Position numbers and translations under genes: made by a program. DNA of 64,000 bases from positions 60,760,001 through 60,824,000 of the forward strand of contig NC_043010.1 in the NCBI RefSeq assembly GCF_006345805.1. The letters are read 5' to 3'. Positions 28,394 to 42,998 of this stretch are shown here, piece after piece. The notes under the pieces were generated by a model that did not search any database, was not told the DNA's origin, and saw only the letters and a list, made by a program, of their open reading frames with translations. Each line of letters begins with the position of its first letter. The first letter of the stretch is position 1. This DNA comes from Octopus sinensis. Lineage: Eukaryota.

Positions 28394-28479
28394 GCACCAG
28401 TCGAGGTAGTGGCAGTACTAATCCGAAAAACCACTGATACCGCCCCAGTGTTGCTGTATCGTTGCAGCGTGACTATTGT

Positions 28480-28557
28480 CACAAAAGCACTGCAGCAGCA
28501 GCAGTACCAGCACCAGCACCAGCAGCAACAACAACAACAGCAGCAGCAGTTGTCTTC

Positions 28558-28602
<45 letters not shown>

Positions 28603-28625
28603 CGGTGGTGGCGGTAGTGGTAGTG

Positions 28626-28662
<37 letters not shown>

Positions 28663-28663
28663 C

Positions 28664-28719
<56 letters not shown>

Positions 28720-28875
28720 CGGTTGTAGTAGTAGAAGTAGTGTCGGTGGTGGCAGTAGTAGTAGTAGTTGTAGTAGTACAAACAGCAACAGCAGCAACAG
28801 CAGCAACTGCAGCAGCAGCAGTAGTAAGAGCAGTAACAGTAAGAGCAGCAGCAGCAGCAGCGGCAGCAGCAGCAC
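28480..28875. repeat. Compound (CAG)/(TAG)n microsatellite
   Basis: Seen directly. Confidence 0.9.
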
Positions 28876-29928
28876 GAGTGCCGTTGGAGGAACCTACATG
28901 CTGACTGTAACATGAACATTAGCAATGATGAAAAACCTTGTGGTAGGCTTTCACTAGATTTCTTTGATTCCTATTTCAGCTCCTTCCTCACACGTGTAAT
29001 TAAAAATCCAGCGGGAGATATCGTTAGGAAAGACAGTCTACAATTATCTATGTATGCAAAGATGTACAGATGTGGGTATGTGTGTATGTATGTATGTATG
29101 ACTGAATGTGTGTGTGTGTGTGTGGTGAGAGAGATGTATATGCATGTGGCATATATGTAGACATATACACATGTGTGTGTATAATTGTATAAATACATGT
29201 ATATATATATTTATATATATGGAGAGATAGATATATCTATCCATAGCTATGGATATATATGTGTATATCTATATATCTATATATGTATATACATACATAG
29301 AGAGATAGAGAGTGTGTGAGTTAAGAGATATAGACACATGTAGGTTGATGTCAATCTGAAAAAAGAGAAAGAAAGGGAAAATGAAGAAATGAATGCAAAG
29401 TGAAAGTAGAGCTGTGTGTGAGAGGGGAGGGGGGCTGCTCTGTGAGATGTAGAATTATCAAATGAAAAGGTATGTGGCTGTCAGTAGACTTCACTCTGGC
29501 TGGTACACAATAAAATATAATTGCTTATATATGCACATATGTAAATATTTGGTCATAAACGTACATATGTGTGCAGTTTTCGTGTATACACACCTATTGG
29601 TGTTGATATTAATGAATGTTATACACTCACAGATGTGTACACATGATGATATAGAGTGACTGTGACTTGTTATATACATACGTCAGAAATATACAGATGA
29701 ATATTTAAACATACACCTAGAAGGAATTATATATACATGTAGATATTTACATATTCAAGGTTGCCTGTATATATTTTATACATATTATCGTACATACATA
29801 TATAATGAATATGTATATATATACATACACACACGCACTCATATCTGTATGTATATACAATCGTATATTCATTCACATACGCAAACATACATACATACAT
29901 CATATATACATACATGTATATATATCTA

Positions 29929-29964
<36 letters not shown>

Positions 29965-30018
29965 AATCTATCATCTATATATATACATACATACATATTA
30001 TTAGATATATATATATAT

Positions 30019-30052
<34 letters not shown>

Positions 30053-30477
30053 ATATATATAAATATATATATATATGTATGTATAATATCCATACATGTA
30101 TACATATGTACACACACATAATCTAAGGTGAATTGTGGGATAAATAAATGTAAATGTATTATTATACATACTGTTGTATGTATACATTCATTTCACTTAT
30201 ACATACATATGTGACAGCAAATTCCATTCTATACACAAATCAATGCATGCATAAAGCCATTTGTATACACACACGTATTTATACATGGAGTGAGATAATG
30301 AATTCAATGTCAAGTGTGTGTGTGTGTGTGTGTGCGTGTGTGCATGTGTGTGTGTGTATCTGTAAGTGCATGTATGTGTGTGGAGAGAGAAAGATGAAGA
30401 GAGAGATAGAGAGTGAGACAGACAGACAGACAGGCTGACAGTCATACAGACTGACAGTTAGACAGACAGAAGAGAGT

Positions 30478-30509
<32 letters not shown>

Positions 30510-30677
30510 AAGATAGATAGAACAGAACAATGTTTTGTTAAGCATTCAATAGCTGTAACCAAAATCACATGTGACAAACATGTACACATAGACATATATA
30601 CACACACATGTATACATGCATATATATAATGCACACATAATATATGCATATACACATATACATGTGTGTGAGTGAGA

Positions 30678-30720
<43 letters not shown>

Positions 30721-31549
30721 TACACACATATATGTATATGCATATGTCCATGAATATATATATTTGTCTGTGTTTGTTTATATATCAAGCAGTAATATTA
30801 AATTGAAAAAAAAACACACACACACATTTACCCATATCACATGCATCATAAATGTGTATACAAACACGCATGTACAAACACAATGATAAGTATTCAGGGT
30901 ATACACACATACACACACACATGCACACATATTCACACACACACACAAATTTATATATATATATATACATACATATATATACCCTGACACACATACATAA
31001 CTTAACTACATAAATATGCGTGTACATAGATGTAGGTCATAACAAGTCTATCTGCTTTTATATTGTTATATCTAATCAAGTATGTGTGTGTGTGTGTGTG
31101 TGTGTGTTAAAGCTAATATTATATACATACCAGCTATTGAGATCTATAAGGATGGATATCACAGCGGATACAGTGATATCTGAATATCTACAATATGGGA
31201 TCTGCTATGCACACTTGTAGTTGCACACATGCACACTGACGGCTGTCAGAGCATCTGCACATATAGAGAAGTATGTTTGTGTACACGTATATCTACATGC
31301 ATAGCTGCTTACATGGGAAGATATGGATACATGTGTGTGTGTGTGCGTGTGCGCGTGTGTGTGTGCGTGTGCATGTGTGTGTGTGTGTGTAATTATGCAG
31401 ATGCATGCATCTTTTGCAAACCAAATTCAAAACCTTATGCACATAAACATTCATAAGTCCATATGAATCTATCTGCATATAAATGCATTCAGCGACGGGC
31501 GTATGCACATGTATCAATAAATATCAATAAAAAGATATATATATATATA

Positions 31550-31935
31550 TGGCTGTGTGGTAAGTAGCTTGTTTACCAACCACATGGTTCCGGGTTCAGT
31601 CCCATTGCGTGGCACCTTGGGCAAGTATCTTCTACTATAGCCTCGGGCCGACCAATGCCTTGTGAGTGGATTTGGTGGATGGAAACTGAAAGAAGCCCGT
31701 CGTATATATGTATATATGTGTGTGTGTGTATGTTTGTGTTTGTCCCTTAAGCATTGCTTGACAACCGATGCTGGTGTGTTTATGTCCCCGTTACTTAGCG
31801 GTTCAGCAAAAGGAGACCGATAGAATAAGTACTGGGCTTACAAAGAATAAGTCCCGGGGTCGAGTTGCTCAATTAAAGGCGGTGCTCCAGCATGGCCGCA
31901 GTCAAATGACTGAAACAAGTAAAAGAGTAAAAGAG
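31550..31935 (+). mobile_element. tRNA-derived SINE (family A), near full length
   Basis: TGGCTGTGTGGTAAG A box, GGTTCAGTCCC B box, internal microsatellite, AAAAGAGT tail. Confidence 0.9.
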
Positions 31936-32036
31936 TATATATACTTATACATATAACATAAATGCAAATGCTTATATCAGTATGTGGATGTATATATATA
32001 GATGTATACTTAAACTTGAAATAAACATCTATATAT

Positions 32037-32478
32037 AGGTGCAGGTGTGGCTGTGTGGTAAGTAGTTTGCTTACCAGCCACATGGCTCCAGGTTCAGTCC
32101 CACTGTGTGGCACCTTGGGCAAGTGTCTCCTACTGTAGTGTCAGGCTGATCAAAGCCTTGTGAGTGGACTTGGTAGACGGAAACTGAAAGAAGCCTGGTC
32201 GTATATATACATATGTGTGTGTGTATGTGTGTGTGTGTGTGTGTGTATGTGTGTGTGTGTATGTGTGTGTGTGTATGTTTGTCCCCCCCCCCACCATCGC
32301 ATGGCAACCGATGCTGATGTGTTTACGTTCCCATAATTTAGTAGTTCAGCAAAAGAGACCGATAGAATAAGCACTATGCTTACAAAGAATAAGTCCTGGG
32401 GTCGATTTGTTCAACTAAAGGCGGTGCTCCAGCATGGCCACAGTCAAAAAAACTGAAACAAATAAAAGAATAAAAGAA
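32037..32478 (+). mobile_element. tRNA-derived SINE (family A), full length
   Basis: Colinear with 31550-31935. Confidence 0.9.
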
Positions 32479-33255
32479 TTTTAAAAATACATACGTACAC
32501 ACACACTCGCACTAAAACATACATACACATATATATGCTGTGTATATGTCAGTGTGTGCATCTATGTGTCTATATGCGCATGTGACTGTGTGTGTGTGTG
32601 CTGGCAATTACTGTCGGTACTATACAACCATACTCCTACACACGCACACACATGCACACATGCACATGCACACACATGCACACGCATGCACACACACTGA
32701 CACACCTGTACACATGCAGAGATACGATCGGCAATGCATTCAGCATCCTAATGGCCAGATTCGAAAGGTGGTATGGGTGGTGGCTTTGCAGTGGGGTATC
32801 ACTGGTAAGGGTGCAGGCTCCAGTAACAGATGGAGAATTACTGTTTGCAAGGGGTCTGTGTTACGTTGTTGTTGTTGATAGGGAAGTGATGGTGGTGGTG
32901 GTGGTGGCGGTGGTGGCGGCGATGGTGGTGGTGTGGTGGTGGTGGTGGTGGTGGTGGTGGTGGTGGTGGTGGTGTGGTGGTGGTGGTTGCTGTTATTGTC
33001 GTGGTGGTGATGCTGTAGGAGGTGTTCTTGGCATTGTTGTTGTGGGTGTATGTGTGTGAGTGATGATGGTGGGGTGGGGGGCACGGAGGGACAGGCGAGG
33101 GGGGGTTGTGCAAACGGTAGGTTGTGGCATTGAATGTAATGATGTTATTGTTGTTTCTGTTGTTGTAGTTGTCTTGTTGATGATGATGATGATGATGATG
33201 ATGATAGCGATGAGGAGGATTAAGAAGAAAACAATATTATTCATTTTATATATAC

Positions 33256-33304
<49 letters not shown>

Positions 33305-33315
33305 TATATAGATAT

Positions 33316-33358
<43 letters not shown>

Positions 33359-33375
33359 TATAAATGTATATATGC

Positions 33376-33412
<37 letters not shown>

Positions 33413-33810
33413 TTCACACATGTATGTGCACAAGCATAGAAAGAGAGAGCGAGAGAGAGGGAAAGAGGAGGAGAGAGAGGGATAGAAAGAGAGAGGGAGA
33501 AAGTCTAAAAGAGGGATCTAAGAATGGTTGGGAGAGAGGTAAGACTACATAATGAGGAGAACTTAATGCAGAAGATGCTTGACCTGTTAGAAATAGCAGC
33601 CAAATCTCTTCTTGTCCATGCAACACTCTTAAAGAAGACCACATTAGATTATACAATATTGGTTATGTTGTATTTGAATGACAACAACAATGCCATCAAA
33701 ACCAACGACCTCCTAGAAATAGCAGCCAAATCTCTATTAAATCATACTCCATCATCTTAGAAAATAGAAGGACACACATAAGTTCTATATACCTATAAAT
33801 AAGTTCTGTA

Positions 33811-34180
33811 TAGGCGCAGGCATGGCTGTGTGGTTCTGGGTTCAGTTCTATCGCATGGCACCTTGGGCAATGTCTTCTACTATAGCCTCGGGCCGACCAA
33901 ATGCTTGTGAGTGGATTTGGTAGAAAGAAACTGAAAGAAGCTCATTGTATATATATATGTGTGTATATGTTTGTGTGTGTTTGTGTTTGTCCCTCCACCA
34001 TTGCTTGACAACTGATGTTGGTGTGTTTACATCCTCATAACTTAGTAGTACAGCAAAAGAGGCTGATAGAATAAGTACTAGGCTTACAAAGAATAAGTCC
34101 TGGGGTCAATTTGTTCAACTAAAGGTGGTGCTCCAGCATGGCTGCAGTCAAATGACTGAAACAAGAAAACAATAAAAGAA
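33811..34180 (+). mobile_element. tRNA-derived SINE (family A)
   Basis: Colinear with other copies; short deletion in the head. Confidence 0.85.
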
Positions 34181-34589
34181 TACCTCTTAAAAAAAATGGA
34201 GTGGTCACATCTGGAAAACCTTTGATCATAATAGGTCTGCTTGAGCAGTGATGACTACTATTAACACCAATAACAACAACATCAGTAGTCACTCGACCAG
34301 CTAGAAATAAAAGCTAAATCTACTTCTATTCACATCCTACCATCTGATAAAACGAAGGACACATTGATTAATGTCGTTTTATATATTCTCTGAAAATAGA
34401 TGGGATGGCCACAACTGGATGAAATCTTAACAGCCACAACAACACCAACAGCAAATGTTGCATTCTGTCTTGATTGTGGGCTCCTACCTGAAAGCACAGG
34501 TATTCAAAGCAACATCTTCATGGTCTCTCGACTACTTGATACACCTGTAGAATATCAGCCAAATCACCATCATTTCACACCTTCATCTT

Positions 34590-34975
34590 CATCAAGGTCC
34601 CTTAACTAATTCAGCCAGTGGTTGGGGTGCCACTCAAGGCTCTCTCATTATCAGCTGTTGTCAATGGTTTCTGTTCTCTGTCATGGGTAACAGGTTCTCC
34701 GTGTTGTTACCTGTCCAGTCCTTGATGTCATCAATCCATGATTTTCTCTGTCTGCCTCTCTTTCGTCCTGAAGAATGATTCTGAAGACAGAGATGTGGCA
34801 GGATACATAACCCTTCCAGGCAAGCTTTCATCTTTTTACCTGTGCAAGGTGTGTCTGCCAGTGTATTTGTTGATTTGCTGCCTCACAGAGCTGTTTTGTG
34901 CTCCATGTACGGGACATGTAAAAGCCTTCTGAAGCACTTGTGCTCAGATGCCTTGATTCTTTGCTCCATGTCACC
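34590..34975 (-). pseudogene. RTE-clade LINE 3' end fragment (separate family)
   Basis: Minus strand reads KLAWKGYV and GRQRKSWIDDIKDWTG, typical of RTE C-termini, with frameshifts. Confidence 0.65.
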
Positions 34976-35366
34976 TGTAAAAAAAGGGTTGGAATGCCTT
35001 TGATTCCAGGTTTAGCTCCATATCTGTTCGATCAGAACTGATCTAGGCTAAACTTGGCAGGCAAAAGCACGTGTCCAGGCTGTTCGACTACGTCTCACAC
35101 AGTTCACTGCTGCATGTCAGAGTGTATAGTGTGGTCTTCAGATTGACAGAGACATGGCCCATCTGGAGCAACAGATCTGGAGATTACATCTGTGTATATG
35201 GTTGACTGCCTGAGTGATATGGATCACCTCAGTCAGATCTGACCTGGGGCTATACAACAACAACACATATATATATATACACTTTCATTATAAGATACAA
35301 AATCTCATCTGGTCATTCCAATCCAAACAGTATGCTTCACAGCCAAGGTCCTTTCTTTGAGCAAAC

Positions 35367-35403
<37 letters not shown>

Positions 35404-35546
35404 TCTTTCTTTCTCTGGGTCTCTATGCCAACCTTTGGGAATACATTGCAGTTTGTCCCATTCCCCACCAAAAATGGCAGCCTCTCCAACCTTGCCACTA
35501 CCAACCTATTACTCTTATTTCCAAAATCTCCAGCAATCATCCCTAT

Positions 35547-35591
<45 letters not shown>

Positions 35592-36736
35592 AACATGGCT
35601 TCTATAGCACCAGGTTTACCAGAAATTTTCTTTTTATTTCCCAATTGTCCCAGAGCCCTCAAAACTTTCATTCAAAGCAATGTCACTGCATTTGGTCCCA
35701 GTAAAGTGTCCACCTGTTCCTGTTATAAAAATGGCCTGAGTTCCCCACCAATTGTTTCCATCCATCTCTCATTTTATTTGAATTGCAATATTACAACACG
35801 TGCTCAGTACCTTCTAGAAATTGTGGTCCACCTCAAGCGTCGGTTATGTCTCTCAGGCTCTTCTTTCGCATGCTCTGGTTACTTCTCAGAAAACAAACAT
35901 CTATGCACTTAATGCCACAGTTCTTCATCTTTTACCATTTAAATATTTCACCCCAAACACACACTGAATCCAAAAACAGAGAGAGATCTTGACAAGGGGG
36001 AGACATGACACTTTTGTCTCTTCCAGCAGCAGTAAAACTGAATCAGTACACCTGCCAAATGAACAATGCCCCACCCCAACACTCCTTGTGGTAGTCATTT
36101 TCATCATCGGTCATCATCATCATCATTGCTGCTGTCAATTTTATCATCATCATCATCATCATCACTGTCTTAACATCCACTTTTCCATACTTGCATGGGT
36201 GACAATCACTTTGTTGAAGCAAAATTTTCTGCGGTTGGATGCTCTTCCTGTCACCAACTCTCACCTATTTTGCCAGGTAATGTCTTACCTAGACTAACGA
36301 ACACCTAACAACCTGCCCATATTTTCAGTAAAGGATTGTAAACAAACAACACCTTTTGCATTAATTGTGGTGTTTTGTTTACAAACAGCATGCACATGTG
36401 AAGACAAAAGAAATAAACACTCACACACATGCACACATGCACGCACATGCATGCGTGCGCACACACACACACGTGCATGCATCATCCAGTTTTCATCAAC
36501 CAAATTTCACTTACATCAGTCAACTTGCAGCTTTATTCGTAGACACACCTGACAGCGTCCACACAATGGGAATGAACTCTCAACCCCATGCTTCGAAAGT
36601 AAGCATCTTGACTTCCACAGCTATACCAATGTCTGTGAATCCAGGTTCCATACAGACATGGACAGGCACACACTATCAGGTCATTAATAACAAAAACAAA
36701 AGGGTCACACGTTCTTCCCAAACCATAGATTCATGA

Positions 36737-36933
36737 GTCTGGTTTCCCAGATTCCCGCCTGGATGGGACACCAATCCATTGCAAGGTTACTCATTTTTAC
36801 CGGCTCTGGGGACTGGAACAATGTGAAATGAAGTGTTTTGCTCAAGAACACAATGCATCACCCAGTCCAGGAATCGAAACCACAATTTTACAGTCATGAA
36901 GGTAACACCCTCACCACTAGGCTACATGCCTCC
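36737..36933 (-). mobile_element. tRNA-derived SINE (family D)
   Basis: Reverse complement has TAGCCTAGTGG, GGTTTCGATTCC and TTGTGTTCTTGAGCAAAACACTTCATTTCAC. Confidence 0.75.
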
Positions 36934-37732
36934 ACAATCATTAACAACACACAACTAAAACTCTGAAAGTCACAACAAATGTTTGTCTTCCCAATTTCAA
37001 ATAACTTTACACACATATAACAATGAGAGAATTTTGTTTCAGAGTCCAGAAATACTTTATCTCCTCTCATCTCATTTGGTCAAACTGGCAGCTCAGAATT
37101 GCTGGACTCACTCCACCAATCTTGATCCAGTACAGCATGAACAAGGTTACGAGAGGAACATCTTATCCATATACAGAGCCGGTCAATGGTCAATAGAGAT
37201 ATTTCCTGGCTGTCTGATATATAAAGATATTGAGATGATGAGGTGTCCATAATTGTGTGAAATAAGTTCTCACATAGCTCTCCACTAATGGCCAGCCTGG
37301 CTCAATATTGGTTGCAACAATGAGGGTTCCCGTTGATCCAATCAACAGAACAGCCAGCTCATGGAATTACGATGCAAGCGGCTGAGCACTCCACAGACAT
37401 GTGTACCCTTAACATAGTTCTCAGGAAGACTCAGTATGAATGTGACAAAGCTAGCCACTCATTTTTGCCGGCTGAGTGGACTGGAGCAAAGTGAAATAAA
37501 GTGTCTTGATCAAGGACACAACACTGCCAGGAATTGAACTCATGACCTTATGCTCATAAGTCAAATACCTTAGCCATTAAGTCATGTGTCTTTAGAATGG
37601 CCTACAAAACACACATGTACCTCTCTCTGGTGGCATCAGTGATTGCAACAAGACTGCAAACCCTGATCTCTACAAATCTGCAGAGTTTAAATAAGACCCG
37701 AAATTGAGAAATACACATAGCTACTGGGAAAG

Positions 37733-37783
<51 letters not shown>

Positions 37784-39429
37784 ACTAATTACCATCCTGC
37801 AACAAATATAACAGATCATTTAAATAATTGACAAAATTCAATCACCATCAAAATCAATAAGTTCACCAAATCAATGGGGGAACTTCTACAAGGTCTCTCA
37901 ACATGCTAGAAATAGCAGCCAAATCTCCAGGAACTTATACCCTACCATCCCTACCATCTATACCAGCAATAACACCATCACTACCATCTATACCAGCAAT
38001 AACAACAACATCAAAAGCATTCATACCATCAATACTGTTCCCTTTCCTCTACATCAACCACATGGTATTACAGAGCAACCAGTGCAAGAGACACAATACT
38101 GGAGTTGAATGAAAGAGATAAAAGGAGTCGGGGAGTTGTGAGTGGAAAGAAGCAGTGGCCTCAGTAGTAGTGGTAGCAATAGCAGAATGAGGACACGTAT
38201 CTTGTCCAGTGATTGCAAAATGTGTAGTATGTATGCGTTTACACATATTGTCTGAGTGTGTGAGAAAGAGAGGGAGAGAGAGAGAGAGAGTGTCTGTGTG
38301 AGTGTGTGTGATTATGATCGTGTGTTCCTTGCTGGCAGGAGTTGTATGGTTTAACAGGATCCAATGAGCCACAGAGCTGCGTCAGGCCACAATGTCAGTT
38401 TTGCTCTGGCTCCTACAGCTGGATGCCCTTCCTAACACCAACCACTTTACAGTATGTACTGGGTGCTTTTTTCATGCCACTGGCACCAGCGAGGTCACCA
38501 AATTACTTGCAAGACAACAAAAAAGACCCCTCAATTGAGTGAGAGCATTTTTGAGAGAGGGCAGGGACTTTCTGCCAGGCATTAAAAGTCTAAATCAGGA
38601 TGATGGGACAAGCACATGTGTTTTGCTATAGAGGAGATAAAGATGGTGAGGATGAGGTGTTCTCAAGGCAGAGGAAGGTGAATAGAAGAGAGTATATGGA
38701 TAAAGTATAAATGGGGGGGGGGGGTAGTTAATCAAGGTATGGGAGGAGGATGACAGGTGGTAAGAGATGGAGCCAGAGGTGAATGTAGTGAATGAGGAAC
38801 ATGGGTGGGAATATGGTTGATGGTAAATATCAGTAAGAAGGAGTGAAGGTGAAAGAGATTGAAGTGACCCAGGGAGGGGAAAGAAACAAGCTACTGGACA
38901 GGAAGGGCGAAGGCAGGTGTGTCACAAACCAGAGAGGAAGTCAAAGATGTGCGGGCGGGGGGGGGGCGTGAGGCTGGAGAGAGATGAAGGTTAGTAGAAC
39001 TTAAATATGCTGGTAGTGAGAAGGGGAAAGATTGGGGGTCATAAAGGGTGGATACAAGAGTGTGTTGAAATGATAGGAGATATTATTGGAGGTGTTAAAG
39101 ATGAGGTAAGATGTAGCTAAGAGGAGAGGGAGAGATAAGTGAAGGCACAGAAAGGGTGTGATTGGAGGGAAACAGTGTGGGAAGGGAGGATAATTAGAAT
39201 GGCGGATGGACATTAAAAGGAAGTGGTTCCAGGAAGTGGGGGAGGAAGCAACTTGGGGGTGAGGTGTGTGCTGATTCTGCTCTCAACTGATGACAGCAAC
39301 TGTAAGAAGAATGATGGAGGGATGAGTGTTAGGAAGAGGAGTTGTGAGAAATGTTCGTTGGAAGGAAATTGGGTGTAGGGCCAGGGTCCTATGTGTACAA
39401 GTATAATGCTTTTAGAACCTTGCTTTTGC

Positions 39430-40190
39430 CATGAATAAAAGGGTCTTCTTAGCAAATCACCAAACATTTCAGTCCTTTGTCGCTTTCTCCGTGAGGTTCA
39501 GCATCTTAGGATCAGCTTGCACTACTTCATCCCATGTCTTCCAGGGTCTCCCTCTGCCATAAGTACCATCCAATTTTAGCAACAGACACTTGTTTATACA
39601 ACTGTCATCATCTATACACATCATGTACGCATCCTACCTGAGCAGTCTTCTCTCTTGCATGCTACGTCTCATTCCTCTTATACCTGATTTTTCTTTCAAC
39701 ACATTCACAGTTTTGTCACAAATGGAAATTGTAGTTGTGATCCCCATGCTGGTGGCACATAAGAAGCACCATCCGAATGTGACCAATGCCAGCACTATTT
39801 TGACTGGCTTCCATGCCAGTGGCACATAAAAAGCACCCACTATACTCTTGGAGTGGTTGGCATTAGGAAGGGCATCCAGCTGTAGAAACATTTCCAGATC
39901 AAACTGGAGCCTGGTGCAGCTTTCTGGCTTCCCAGACCCCAGCCAAACCGTCCAACCCATGCCAGCATGGAAAGCGGATGTTAAATGATGATGATAACAG
40001 TTTGTCGTTATACAGTTTGTCATACACACTGACATTGCGCATCCAACAGAGCAAGTTGGTTTTATGTCTTTCTAGTTTTCGTATGTCCTCTGCATTCAGG
40101 GCCCACATCTCACAACAATGTATCACTGCTGTTCATAAACAATCCTCATACAATCTACCCTTCATTCTGAGAGAAAGATTGTATGATGCT
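39430..40190 (-). pseudogene. RTE LINE ORF C-terminal fragment, interrupted by a family C tail (39725-39995, + strand)
   Basis: CEMWALNAEDIRKLERHKTNLLCWMRNVSV...MQERRLL...GRGRPWKTWDEVV. Confidence 0.8.
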
Positions 40191-40679
40191 TGCCTTGCCC
40201 CAATGAGAAACTGTCGGAACTTCTTAAAGATATTGTAAATTCTTTTTCTTGGTGGTAACAAAAGTATTGTTATTGTTAGGAATATCTTCAAGATTTCAGC
40301 TCTTATCCTTTATACTACACTTGAGTTTCACCTCTTATCCTTTATACTACACCTGAATTAGGCATTGCAAACCAAATTAGTCTTCACCTACAGGAGGGTT
40401 CAATCTGCAATTTCATATCAACCATCAATTAGTCTCAGCAGTCATCTCTATCTTCCAATCAGATTTCTTCAATTGTTTGGATTCCAAACTTATTTTCTGC
40501 AAGAAATAACACATTGATGTATACTTAGGAGACTGATTCCTCAATGTTACCCTATCTACACTAGTTTAAGAGATACTTTATTATCACTGATTGTTTAAAA
40601 AATAAGGGGGGTGAAAAAAATTGCCATGACAGACAGGGACCATTTTGAGATTTTGCTTATATAAACATACATACACATA

Positions 40680-40719
<40 letters not shown>

Positions 40720-40854
40720 CACATTCAGTAAAGCAATATAAACACTGCAAATGCAGATGTAAGCTCACAAACAAAACACACTCGTATACATGGGTGTGTG
40801 CATGTGTTTGTGTGTCCGTGTATATATGTTTGTTCCTTCTCGAGCCATGCCTGG

Positions 40855-40897
<43 letters not shown>

Positions 40898-40900
40898 GTT

Positions 40901-41196
40901 GAGGGACATGGCCTAGTGGTTAGAGCAGCAGACTCGCAGTTGAGGGATTGCAGGTTCGAATCTCAGACCAGGTGATGTGTGTGTTTATGAGCGAAATACC
41001 TAAACTCCAAGCAGCTCCAGCAGAAGGTAATGGCAAACTTCTGCTGACTCTCTCGACACAACTTTCTCTCACTCTTTCCTCCTGCATCTTGCAGCTCACC
41101 TGAGACAGAACGGCGTCCCGTCCAGGTGGGGAACCTATATGCCAAGGAAACCAGGAAACCGGCCCTTATGAGCCAGGCATGGCTCGAGAAGGAACA
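40901..41196 (+). mobile_element. tRNA-derived SINE (family D-related)
   Basis: TGGCCTAGTGGTTAGAGC A box, GGTTCGAATC B box, GGACTCGCAGTT arm; related head at 45748. Confidence 0.85.
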
Positions 41197-41574
41197 AACA
41201 TATATACACGGACACACAAACACATATACACACCCATGCACACACCCATGTATAAGAGTGTGTTTTGTTTGTGAGCTTACATCTACATTTGCAGTGTTTA
41301 CATTGCTTTACTGAATGTGTGACATGCATTTATTGTGCTGTTCCTCTTGTCAAAAAGTCATCCTGGCAGTTTGTGACTTTGAAGCCATGTCTAATAAGGG
41401 ATCTTTTATGTGTAAAACAGATGAGGATTAGCCTCAGGAAGGACATCCAGTTGTAAAACAATGCCTCGAATAAGATGTTCGTCCAATCCATGCAAGCAAG
41501 GGAAAATGGATAAACGAATAAATACAGGTGTGAGTGTGCATAAGGCAGAGTAATCAGAGTCAGACAGAATGCAT

Positions 41575-41780
41575 TGGGGCAGAATAGTTAGCATTCTGGG
41601 TAAAATGCTTTGGGGAATTTCACCAGTCTTTATGTTCTGAGTTCAAATTCCACCGAGGTTGACTTTGCCTTTCATCCTTTTGGGGTCAATAAATTAAGTA
41701 CCAGGGAAACACTGGGGTTGATGTCATCAACTAGTCCCCTCCCCACAAATTTCAGGTCTTGTGCTTTTAGTTAAAAAGAT
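41575..41780 (+). mobile_element. tRNA-derived SINE (family B)
   Basis: GAGTTCAAATTCC and GACTTTGCCTTTCATCCTTT core. Confidence 0.8.
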
Positions 41781-41826
41781 TATTATTATCATTATCATTA
41801 TCATTATTATTATCATTATCATTATT

Positions 41827-41859
<33 letters not shown>

Positions 41860-41861
<2 letters not shown>

Positions 41862-42380
41862 CCAGTCGGGGCGGTGCTGGCAACGGCATGTAAACCATCC
41901 GATCGTGGCCGTTGCAAGCGCCGCCCCACTAGCCTCCGTGCCAGTGGCACGTAAAAGCACCATCCGTTCATGGCCGTTGCCAGCCCCGTCTGGCTCCCGT
42001 GCCGGTGGCACATAGCACCATCCGTTTGTGGCCGTTGCCAGTCTCGCCTGGCCCCCGTGCCGGTGGCACGTAAAAGCTCCATCCGTTCGTGGCCGTTGCC
42101 AGCCTCGCCTGGCCTCCATGCCGGTGGCACGTAAAAAGCACCATCCGTCCATGGCCGTTTGCCAGCTCCATCTGGCACCTGTGCGGGTGGCACATAAAAA
42201 GCACCCACTACACTCACGGAGTGGTTGGCATTAGGAAGGGCATCCAGCCATAGAAACACTGCCAGATCAGACTGGACCTGAGGCAGCCTTCTGGCTTCAC
42301 AGACCCCAGTTGAACCGTCCAACCCATGCTAGCATGGAAAGCTGACGCTAAATGATGATGATGATGATGATGATGATGAT
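41860..42380 (+). mobile_element. RTE 3' UTR (family C) with about five tandem ~60-bp GC-rich units
   Basis: Unit GTGCCGGTGGCACGTAAAAGCACCATCCGTTCGTGGCCGTTGCCAG..., then the standard tail and (GAT)n. Confidence 0.85.
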
Positions 42381-42382
42381 TA

Positions 42383-42440
<58 letters not shown>

Positions 42441-42998
42441 GTTTTTTCCTTCTTTCTTCAAATTTTCTTCTGTTACTCGCCGAGTGTTTTCCATACACCT
42501 AGGGCAGAGAAGGGCATTGCATGCATTCCCAGATTACACACGCAAATTCACAGATAAAATATGTATTTAAAAATTAATAAATAAATAAATTCATGGATGG
42601 ATGTTATTTTCACAGTGATAGCACTCTTCTCAGTACATGAGCCGTTCCAGTTAATACGATTTTTTGCACTTCCTGTAGGGATGGTAAGCCTGGAATCATT
42701 TTCAAATAGGTTTCAGTACCTTTTTTTTATCATTCCTAGAGATCCTACAATCACTGGTACTGTAGTCGCCTTGAGATGCCACATTTTTTTCAATTTCTAT
42801 TAGCAGGTCTTTATATTTACTAATCTTGTCAAATTCTTTCGCTGCTATATTGTGATCACAGGGAATACTCATGTCAATTAATAAACACATCCTTTTTGTC
42901 TGATCTTTTATAATAATATCCGGTTTATTAGCTTTTACAGTCCTGTCAGTGTGCACGGGGAAGTCCCATAGAATCGACACATTTTCTCCCTCAGTCCC
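42441..42998 (-). mobile_element. 5'-truncated R4/Dong-type retrotransposon inserted in (TAA)n
   Basis: ENVSILWDFPVHTDRTVKANKPDIIIKD...LIDMSIPCD...KISKYKDL, frameshift, MWHLKATTVPVIVGSLG; (AAT)n on both flanks. Confidence 0.85.

Noticed and set aside
28333-28925. Gln/Ser-rich, Leu-rich and Cys/Tyr-rich ORFs
   Set aside because: Compound trinucleotide repeats with no domain or splice support; a low-complexity exon or UTR cannot be fully excluded.
40294-40356. Two tandem ~31-bp units and a nearby minus-strand acceptor near 40500
   Set aside because: Simple local duplication; all frames after the acceptor stop early.
41860-42200. Regularly spaced repeats resembling a CRISPR array
   Set aside because: Units are tandem and similar throughout, with no unique spacers and no cas genes, in a eukaryotic retrotransposon UTR.
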